Below, one piece after another: positions 17,745 through 25,700 of a stretch of 64,000 nucleotides of DNA. Position 1 is the stretch's first letter; the number at the start of each line of letters is the position of its first letter. This DNA is from an uncultured Eubacteriales bacterium (GTDB taxonomy: Bacteria > Actinomycetota > Coriobacteriia > Anaerosomatales > JAAXUF01): positions 445-64,444 of the forward strand of contig CAZIPT010000002.1 of assembly GCA_964541375.1 (NCBI GenBank), read 5' to 3'. The position numbers and the translations under genes are program-made. The notes beneath the pieces are model-generated. The model was not told where the DNA came from and searched no databases. It saw only the letters and a program-made list of their open reading frames with translations.

Positions 17745-19538
17745 ATGAAGGTAGTTCGTCGCTGTGCTGCGATGGCTCTATTCGCCGCGGTGATTTTGCA
17801 GGCGGGGGTCGGGGTGGCCGTTCCCGCACAGAGTGTCCGGGGGGTTTCCTTCTCGGACGCAACACACGGCTATCTCGCGGGGGGATACTCTGGTGACGAC
17901 GGCGTTGTCGCCTACACGGCCGATGGAGGCCTGAGCTGGAGACCCACTCAGCTTCCCAATCGGTACACGTGGGCGGTGGGCGCTTCCGCTGACGGATTGT
18001 CTGCGACCGCTGTTGCCTACTCCCAGGACGTAGCGATCACAACCTCAAACGGCGGGGTCAGTTGGACGGAGGATTCGCCGGTCTTCGGCGGCGTTCCCAA
18101 CTTCGGCGGGACGACTCAGATTAACGACGTCGCGCACTTGAGCGGCGGTCCTGTCGCCGTTGGTGGGCAGCAGGGAACCGCCACCTATGGGGATGTCGGC
18201 GCGATTTCGCGCAAGAGCGCCGGGCTCTGGGCACCGACATTTCGCCCGTTCTTTCTCCCGCTCGACGGTGGCGACCTTATCGGACCTATTCCTCAGCCGA
18301 CGTACGCCTCTCTGACCTCGATTGACGCCGCCCCCGGTGGCAACGTGGCACTTGCAGTTGGAACCTACACGGCCCCTCCCACCGCGCCCTACACCAACCC
18401 GCCCACGCCAGGGCCCCTTCGTACGATCGTGTATCGCACCGTCGACGGCGGGTCGACATGGACCACCGACACGGCGACTTCCGGAGCGCCTGCTTGGTCG
18501 CCTACAGCTGTGACCGCCGCTGACGCAGACGTCGCCTATGCCACGTTCTCCGCGGGTTCGCTCGGCAGCAATTACTTTCTGCGTAGATCTGCCGCCGGCG
18601 TCTGGACAAGGTCGGATCAGTGGATTGCATCCGGCTTCCTGTCGAACTCACTGGACGCATACGACGCGGATCACCTTGTGGTGGTGGGCAACCAGGGCAA
18701 GCTGTACTACACCGCGAACGCCTCTTCCGCCACACCGACATGGATCGCGCTTGCCACAACGGGTTCGGCCAACGATCTGTATGGCGTCCAAATGACCGGC
18801 CCCGATAGCTGGATCGTGGTGGGCGGCAACGAGACCATCGTCCGGTTCACCAACGCTGGAGCAAACCAGGCAGGCTCGTATGGACTTGGCGCACCGGTTC
18901 CCGTCATCACCTCTCACGCTTCCGGTTTCTCTCTCCCGGCCGGCTCCATAAGCGGTACTGCGTGGGACGCAGGCGTTGGTGTGCTGAAGGTCGAAGTCCG
19001 GATTCAGCGGGCCCTGGACAGCAAGTTCTGGAACGGCTCGACGTGGGTTGCTGACGCGACCCAATACAACCTTGCGAGCATGCCGACCAACACAACCTGG
19101 ACCTATCCGTTCGCGTCTGGCGAGATGTCGGCGCTTACCATCACGGTTCGTGCCACTGACGGGATGGGCCTCATGGCCACTACCGCCGTCAACTCGGTCG
19201 GCGTGCCTCCGGCTGCGCAGTCGGTCACTCTAGGAACGTGGACCAGTATCGCCGGCAAGAGCAGCGCGAAGGTTCGCAGGTCCTACACCGTGTCGGGTTC
19301 CATCTCGCACGCGGCTGCTCCGGGTGTCGTATCGATCACCATGCAGCGCAAGGTCGGCAGAAGGTGGAAGAACGCCGGAACCGCTCGCGTTGGCGTGTCC
19401 AACGGATCCTACCGCTACAGCTTCAAGCCGAGGTACAAGGGCTACTGGCGCTTCGTCTCGACGTATTCGGGTGGCACCTCCGGCCTAACGACTTACACGT
19501 CGTCTAGGAGCGGCACCAAGACCATCAGAGTGAAATAG
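17745..19538 (+). CDS. Exported BNR/Asp-box repeat (sortilin/Ycf48-like) beta-propeller protein with C-terminal beta-sandwich modules
   Basis: Signal peptide MKVVRRCAAMALFAAVILQAG. Asp-box motifs are TADGGLSWR, TSNGGVSWT and TVDGGSTWT. The C-terminal module is shared with the protein at 38226-39485. Confidence 0.7.
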   Translation: MKVVRRCAAMALFAAVILQAGVGVAVPAQSVRGVSFSDATHGYLAGGYSGDDGVVAYTADGGLSWRPTQLPNRYTWAVGASADGLSATAVAYSQDVAITTSNGGVSWTEDSPVFGGVPNFGGTTQINDVAHLSGGPVAVGGQQGTATYGDVGAISRKSAGLWAPTFRPFFLPLDGGDLIGPIPQPTYASLTSIDAAPGGNVALAVGTYTAPPTAPYTNPPTPGPLRTIVYRTVDGGSTWTTDTATSGAPAWSPTAVTAADADVAYATFSAGSLGSNYFLRRSAAGVWTRSDQWIASGFLSNSLDAYDADHLVVVGNQGKLYYTANASSATPTWIALATTGSANDLYGVQMTGPDSWIVVGGNETIVRFTNAGANQAGSYGLGAPVPVITSHASGFSLPAGSISGTAWDAGVGVLKVEVRIQRALDSKFWNGSTWVADATQYNLASMPTNTTWTYPFASGEMSALTITVRATDGMGLMATTAVNSVGVPPAAQSVTLGTWTSIAGKSSAKVRRSYTVSGSISHAAAPGVVSITMQRKVGRRWKNAGTARVGVSNGSYRYSFKPRYKGYWRFVSTYSGGTSGLTTYTSSRSGTKTIRVK

Positions 19539-19620
19539 CAGGCTCAGCCCGTCAGCCTGGCTCGACGACAAGACCCCCCTTGCATCGACGGCCAGCTCCG
19601 TGGCGTGTCAGGGCGCACGT

Positions 19621-19649
19621 TTGACACCGCACGAGTGCACCCCTAGATT
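19621..19649 (+). promoter_or_regulatory. Sigma-70-like promoter candidate for the TPR-NHL operon
   Basis: TTGACA-17 nt-TAGATT, located about 70 nt upstream of the 19721 GTG start. Confidence 0.45.
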
Positions 19650-19720
19650 CGGTGGGGTTCTTGCCACCCCGCGCTGAGTACCGTTGGAACCGGCCACTTC
19701 ACAAGGAAAGGAACCGCCGC

Positions 19721-20725
19721 GTGCCGAGCTTCAGGCAGATACGACCTCTCGACGCCGTGATCGTGGTCGTTGCTGTGCTCGTGGTGTTGGTCGGTGGCTA
19801 CCTGGGGTACTCGGTGTGGGCACAGAACAAGAGGATTCGAGATGCCTCGCCTTCGACTCGCGAAATCGCATCACTGACGGCGAAACTGCGCGCGAACCCC
19901 AACAACTTCGACACGCGCATGCGTCTGGCGCAAGCCTTCGCTGTGGCGGGTCGTGATGACGAGGCCATCGGGCAGTACAAGGCGATTCTCAAAGTCAACC
20001 CGAGCTTTGTTCCGGCGCTCTCGGGCGTGGGATTTGAGTATCTCAAGCAGAAGAAGTGGAAGGAGGGGGAGGGCTACTTCCGCAAAGTCGTCTCCCTCAC
20101 CGAGAAGGACACGACCAGCGTCGGTTCGAGTCCGCTGGAAACGGCCTACTTCTACTTGGGGATCGCTCTGATGGAACAACGGAAGTACGAAGAGGCCGTC
20201 GGTTTCTTGAAGGGGGCGCTCCGGCTGCGCCGCGACTCGGCGGACGCCAGCTACGCTCTTGCTGTGAGCTATCGAGAGCTCGGAATCATGGACGGCTACG
20301 AGGAGTATCTCCTCTACACGCTGAAGTTCGACCCCAACATGGCCGAGGCCAACTACGACTACGGCATGCTGCTGCTGTCCAAGAAGGACCTGGCCTCGGC
20401 GGCAGAGTACTTCAGGCGCTCGGTCCACGCTGCGCCCGGCGTCGACAAGCCGCAGATCGAACTCGACAAGCTCGGCAACTTTGATGATCGTCTCGCTGAG
20501 GCCAAGAAGCTCAAGCCGACCGACCCCGCAAAGGCGCTGGTCGAGGCGCGGATCGCTTCTGCGCTCGATCCGCAGTCGGTCGAGGCGCTTGCGCTTGTCG
20601 GGGAGCTCTACGAGGCCACCGGCCAGCGCGACAAGGCGGCCGAGGCCTACCGAGAGGTCCTGGTGCTTGAGCCCGGCAACGCATTGGCGACTGAAGGGTT
20701 GAAGCGGGTGTCCAATGGATCCTAG
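19721..20725 (+). CDS. Membrane-anchored TPR-repeat protein
   Basis: GTG start with AAGGAAAGGAA upstream. There is one N-terminal TM helix (AVIVVVAVLVVLVGGYLGY), then several TPR-like units (AEANYDYGMLLLSKKDLASAAEYFRRSV, etc.). Confidence 0.75.
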   Translation: MPSFRQIRPLDAVIVVVAVLVVLVGGYLGYSVWAQNKRIRDASPSTREIASLTAKLRANPNNFDTRMRLAQAFAVAGRDDEAIGQYKAILKVNPSFVPALSGVGFEYLKQKKWKEGEGYFRKVVSLTEKDTTSVGSSPLETAYFYLGIALMEQRKYEEAVGFLKGALRLRRDSADASYALAVSYRELGIMDGYEEYLLYTLKFDPNMAEANYDYGMLLLSKKDLASAAEYFRRSVHAAPGVDKPQIELDKLGNFDDRLAEAKKLKPTDPAKALVEARIASALDPQSVEALALVGELYEATGQRDKAAEAYREVLVLEPGNALATEGLKRVSNGS

Positions 20726-22301
20726 TCAGATACCGGCTCCGACGGTTCCAGCCGAGGCCCCGGCCGGGTCTGGATTCGGTTCTCGCATTCCACCGTCGCA
20801 GCAGAGGGACCCCAGCAAGCTGACGGGGCCGGAGCGTCGACGGCGCATCGTGCTGCTTACGTTCCTGCTCCTCCTGTTGGCGATCCTCGCCTACGTCGCC
20901 TACTACTACAGTCAGAACAAGCGGCTTCCGTCCCTTGGGGTTGCACCCCCTGGGGCCACGGCGATCACCCCGCCTCAGTTCCTCTTCGCGTTCTCCGGCG
21001 AGGGCGCCAACACGCTCAAGCGCCCCGTCGGCGTCGCTGTCGGCCCTGACGGACGCGTCTACGTCGTCGACTTTGGCAACAAGCGCGTCAGCGTGTTCTC
21101 CAGCCAAGGGCGCTTCCTGTCCTCCTTCGACACGCTTTCCGACGGCAAGAAGCTGACTAACCCGGTTCATCTGGCAATCAAGGGCAACGAGGTTTGGGTC
21201 ACCGACCGCCGGCTGCGGAGCATCAGCATCTTCGACCTCAACGGCAAGTTCCTTCGCACGTTCGAGCCCAAGAACGAGAAGCTGACCTGGACGCCGCTCG
21301 CGCTTGGTTTTGACAACAAGGGTCAGCTTCGCGTCACAGACGTTGGTGACACCAAGAATCACCGCGTCGTCTACTTCTCGGCCGACGGCTCGCGAACAGC
21401 CATGTTTGGGAAGACCGCTCAGGTCACTCGGCCCAGCGATTCCCCGGGTGAGTTCCTGTTCCCCAACGGGGTCGCGGCCGACAAGAAGAACAACATCTAC
21501 ATCTCTGACGGTAACAACCGACGGATTCAGGTGTTCTCTCCGGAGGGCACCTTCAAGAGCTTCATCGACGCAAGCGGAATCCCTCGCGGCATCGCCATAG
21601 ATGATCGCGAGCGCCTGTACGTAGTTGACGCGTTGGCCAACGACGTACGGGTCTTTGGCGTCAAAGGCCAGACCTTGACGCAGTTCGGCTCGCGCGGGTT
21701 CGGGCCGGGTCAATTCAACTACCCGAACGACATCGCGCTTGACGCACGCGGGCGCATCTACGTCACCGACCGAGAGAACAACCAAGTCCAGGTTTGGGGC
21801 TGGCCCGTCGCCGCCCTCCCGGCCATACCGCTGCCGAGCAAGCCGCTGTACTGGCTGCTGTGCCTCTCGCCGCTTCTCCTGTTGCCGCTGCTTGTGCGCA
21901 GGCGCAAGACCCGCATCATCGTCACGCCTGACTTCGTCGACGCTCTCGCCGAGGTGCAGGAGATTGCGGCCGTGGCCGCCAAGTCCCGCCTGCGCCTGAT
22001 CGCGCCCATCGAAGACGAGCCCCTCTATCAGGGTCGTGTCGTGGAGGGCGTTGTGCTGAGCGACCTCATCAGCTTCGAGGAGCACTCTGAGTCCGACGTT
22101 CGCAGCCTCATCGAGAAGCTGCAGGTCACGGAGCGCCAGGCGATTCTGATATCCATGACCTGGAGGGCGAAGGCGCTTGCGACCCAGGATCGGGAGCTGA
22201 GATGGCTGGCGGTGCTCGCTGAAGTCCGAGCGGTGAACGTCGAAGAATTCAGGTCCGTTTATCTGGGTAGGGAAGTCAATAAGGAAAGTGCGACTTTGTA
22301 A
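20715..22301 (+). CDS. NHL-repeat beta-propeller protein flanked by two TM helices, with an unassigned ~150-aa C-terminal tail
   Basis: The ATG overlaps the TPR gene by 11 nt. NHL-type repeats include GVAVGPDGRVYVVDFGNKRVSVFS, GIAIDDRERLYVVDALANDVRVF and DIALDARGRIYVTDRENNQVQVW. TM1 is near aa 45-65 and TM2 is LYWLLCLSPLLLLPLLV. Confidence 0.75.
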   Translation: MDPSQIPAPTVPAEAPAGSGFGSRIPPSQQRDPSKLTGPERRRRIVLLTFLLLLLAILAYVAYYYSQNKRLPSLGVAPPGATAITPPQFLFAFSGEGANTLKRPVGVAVGPDGRVYVVDFGNKRVSVFSSQGRFLSSFDTLSDGKKLTNPVHLAIKGNEVWVTDRRLRSISIFDLNGKFLRTFEPKNEKLTWTPLALGFDNKGQLRVTDVGDTKNHRVVYFSADGSRTAMFGKTAQVTRPSDSPGEFLFPNGVAADKKNNIYISDGNNRRIQVFSPEGTFKSFIDASGIPRGIAIDDRERLYVVDALANDVRVFGVKGQTLTQFGSRGFGPGQFNYPNDIALDARGRIYVTDRENNQVQVWGWPVAALPAIPLPSKPLYWLLCLSPLLLLPLLVRRRKTRIIVTPDFVDALAEVQEIAAVAAKSRLRLIAPIEDEPLYQGRVVEGVVLSDLISFEEHSESDVRSLIEKLQVTERQAILISMTWRAKALATQDRELRWLAVLAEVRAVNVEEFRSVYLGREVNKESATL

Positions 22302-22421
22302 CACTTGCCGCAATCTCCCTTGAGGTGTACGGTACGGATGCGGGGTCTGCGTCTTGCAGGCCAGCTGTCAGGGTCCGGCAACCCGGCGCGAACCGCACTT
22401 GAAATCAGAAGAACAGCGCGA

Positions 22422-22519
22422 TCTCCGAGCCTCTCTGCCTACGGCGCCTCCGGCGCTAGGGCACCCAGGCCGTCGGGTTTCACCGGAAACAGTGGAGCCT
22501 CCCTTCCTTGGAAAGGAGA
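22422..22519 (+). ncRNA. Candidate Moco (molybdenum-cofactor) riboswitch aptamer
   Basis: Conserved blocks as I recall them from the Moco RNA motif and E. coli moaA leader: CUCCGAGCCUCU, GCACCCAGG and GCCUCCC-N6-UGGAAAGGAG. A P1 helix UCUCC(22422-26)/GGAGA(22515-19) is possible. It lies about 275 nt upstream of a molybdoenzyme gene. Confidence 0.6.
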
Positions 22520-22793
22520 ACGCATCCGGCCGGAACGTCCGCTCGCGGGCGATTCCTTTGCGATGCGTTGTTCTTCGGGGTAAGGAGATCGTCAAAATGT
22601 TGTGTTCTCGAACCGGACCACTGTCTGGGCCTCACTTGGCCTTGCGGTGCTTCGGTTCTTCTTTTTGGGGGCTTCCGATCGGCGATCGCAGCGTGAAGGG
22701 AGGGTCGACCTCCTAGCTGCTGGCGTTCCCATCTGCTGCACGACGGAAGCCGCGACTGATCTTCTGCTTCAACTGAGAGAGAGGGATGGAGGA

Positions 22794-25700
22794 ATGGCAA
22801 CTAAAGACACCGGGCAACCGGCCAACGGGATAAGCAGACGCGCGTTTGTGACCTCGGCGGCCGTTGCTGCAACGGCAGCCGGATGCGGGTTCGAAGTCGC
22901 GTTTGACGCCGCTAAGGCACTCGCCTACGAGAGTTCGACAGACTACAAAGTCACAAACACCACGTGTCCCTACTGCTCTGCCAGCTGCGGACAGCGTGTC
23001 GTTACTGCGCTCACCGGCGCGAACGCTGGCAAGGTCGTCGACATCTACGGTGACTTCGAGTCCCCGATGAACTCCGGCGGACTGTGCGCCAAGGGCGCGG
23101 GCTCGCTGCAGCTTGTCAACAACCCGTACCGTATCGGTGCGTGGGAGACCACGCATCCCGTCAATTCCGTGTTCGCCGCCAAGCCGGCCGCCACGACGTT
23201 CGGGGCGAGTCCGACCGGCTGGACCGGGCCGGCGTACACGGGTAGCGGCTACACCTACGGCGGCGGCGTGGCCTACTGGCGTCTCGGCGATGAACCGTGG
23301 AACCCAGTCCCGCTCGACGTCGCAATGGCTGATATCGCTGGCAAGCTCAAGACGGCCCGCGAGTACGACACCGCGCGTTGGGACGAAGCCAACGGCAAGA
23401 CCTTCAATAGCAAGAGCGTTGCGTTCTTCGGTTCGTCTCACATGAACAACGAGATGAACTACGTATACCGCAAGATCATCGCGAACTTCGGTACGAGCAA
23501 CGTCGAGCATCAGGCCCGAATTTGACACAGCTCCACGGTGGCCGGTCTGGCCGCCGCATTCGGTCGCGGTGCAATGACGAACCATTGGCAGGACATCGCC
23601 AACTCGACCCTGGTAGTTGTGTGGGGAGCCAACCCGTCTGAGAACCATCCGGCGTGCATGGCCCACATAAACCGGGCGAGGTATCCCAAGCAGTTCTTTG
23701 CGAGCAGCGACGCCAGGTCGAGCAAGCAGGCCGCCCGGATGATCGTGATCGATCCGCGGAAGAACCGCACCGCCCAGCAGGCTGATGACTACGTACGCAT
23801 CCGCCCTGGGACGGACATCGCGTTCCAGAACGGTGTGATCAAGTACATCATCGACCAGATGGAGTCTGGGACGAGCGTCTCGACGGCTGCCAAGACCGCG
23901 TTCTTCGCCTATCTCAACCAGACTGGGAACGGCACTTTCTACACGGACGGCAGCGCGTCTCTCCAGAGCAAGACCTCGGCGACCGTCGCCGGTAGCGCGA
24001 AGTACACCGACGCGCGGTTCTTGGTCAACGGCACCGACACGGACTATGTCCGCGGGTCAGTGAACACCCTTGGGGCAGTCGCCACCACGGAGACCGCGGA
24101 GAACACGATCTCGAACTTCCCCACCAAGTCCACCAACTGCCAGACCGGCAATACGGTGTACAACCGCCTCAAGGCGCACGTCGCGCCGTACACGACGGCC
24201 AAGGTAGTCGAGATATGCGAATGCGCCGACACCGATATCTCACTGGTGGGCGACGCGATCATTGCCAACAGCCGTTGCTCGAGCGTGGGCAAGGCCTTCG
24301 TGGATAAGAAGATGAAGGTCCGCTTCACACAGACGGCCGGTTTCCAGAATGGTGCGGCCACCACAGCGCAGGACGCCATACCGCTGTGGGCATCGGGCGT
24401 CACGGTCTCAAGTGTGACCAGCCTCGATGGCCTGACAAACTACTCGAATGGGACCGACTATACCTTCGCGGCAACCGGGACCATCACGCGCGTGGCGACG
24501 GGGACGATTCTCGACAAGCAGGTGTGTCTTGTCACGTACTCCGGTACCACGGACCAGGCACCGCAGGACACCTACCGTGCGACGACGATTCTCTACGCGA
24601 TGGGCATCACGCAGCACACCTGCGGCTCCCAGAACGTCAAGGGCTTCGCCAACCTGCAGGGGCTCATGGGCAACAATGGACGCGCTGGCGGTGGCATCAA
24701 TGCGCTGCGTGGCATCCACAACGTTCAGGGCTCGACCGACATGGGCCTGCTTTACGGCAACATCCCCGGTTACTCGAACAATCCGTCCGAGCAGCCGGCG
24801 GAGGTCGTGACGCTGACTGGGACTACGGCGGTTGCCCTGCAGTGGAAGAACTACGACAACACCGCGGTCACTATCACGGCCGTGCAGTCGGATGCGTCCG
24901 TGATCTACGCGGCCACCGACTACGACCTCGTAGTAAACGGTAGCGGGTACACGACGATCGCTCGGAGCGCCACGTCCACCATTGCTGACGGCGCCACCGT
25001 CTACGTGAGCTACACCCACGCGATATCGGCCACGGCAGCCGGCCCGGCAAAGGTCTACAACGCTTTTGGCCGCTACGTGAATGCGCTGTGGGGCCTGCCA
25101 GTGCACGGTACCGCCGGACGTTCTCAGATGAACCTCAGCTACGACGATGCTTACACCACTACTGGTGGCATCATGCAGCTGCAGCAGCGTGGCTTCTACA
25201 ACATGACGCTGAAGTGGTTCGGTGACTACGCGACGTACGGGACCGCCGCGCTCAGCAGCGCCAAGAGGACCGCAATCGACGCGACGTACGGGCTGTGGCC
25301 AAAGGGCAACGGCGACAACCACATCAAGATGTTCCGCAACATGGCCTCCGGCAGCGTGAAGGCCGCGGTCGTGTGGGGACAGAACCCCGCCGTCACCGAG
25401 CCCAACCAGAGCAAGATCCGCGACGGGCTACACGAGCTCGACCTTCTGGTGGTTGCCGACATGTTCGAGACGGAGACCGCCGGGTGTGGCCGCAAGGCTA
25501 CCGGCGTCACGTATCTCCTCCCGGCTGCCTCGCATGTGGAGAAGGCCGGTTCGGCGACGAACTCCGGTCGAGTCCTGCAGTGGCGCTACAAGGCGATCGA
25601 TCCGGTCGGCAACTCCAAGGACGACCTTGAGTTGCTCCTCCGCTTCGCGCGCGCACTCAACGACGCCCACTGCTTCAAGCACATCGAGACCGCCAATGGC

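Noticed and set aside
20123-20133. GGTTCGAGTCC T-loop-like 11-mer.
   Set aside because: It lies inside the TPR coding frame. The flanking bases cannot form T-stem or acceptor helices.
20511-22313. 600-aa minus-strand ORF opposite the NHL-repeat gene.
   Set aside because: It is a shadow frame. The + strand frame carries clear NHL repeats and TM helices, while the minus translation is Arg/Asp/Gly-rich junk.
22766-22775. GCTTCAACTG resembles a UCA anticodon loop, raising the possibility of a tRNA-Sec gene in the leader.
   Set aside because: There is no T-loop (GGTTCGAnTCC), no acceptor-stem complementarity and no D-arm around it.
22602-22793. N-terminal extension of the molybdoenzyme (track ORF starts at GTG 22602).
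   Set aside because: The extension would place 64 residues in front of the twin-arginine signal, which should be near the N-terminus. The SD at 22581-87 is 14 nt from this GTG, and it fits the out-of-frame ATG 22597 better. ATG 22794 gives a canonical Tat signal.
23523-23537. Reading the TGA at 23523 as a genuine stop: a pseudogene, or two genes, 22794-23525 and 23538-27011.
   Set aside because: The codon sits exactly at the Sec/Cys Mo-ligand position of the FdnG alignment. It is followed by the catalytic His and by a hairpin with fdhF-like loop and spacing. The second ORF has no SD and begins mid-domain.
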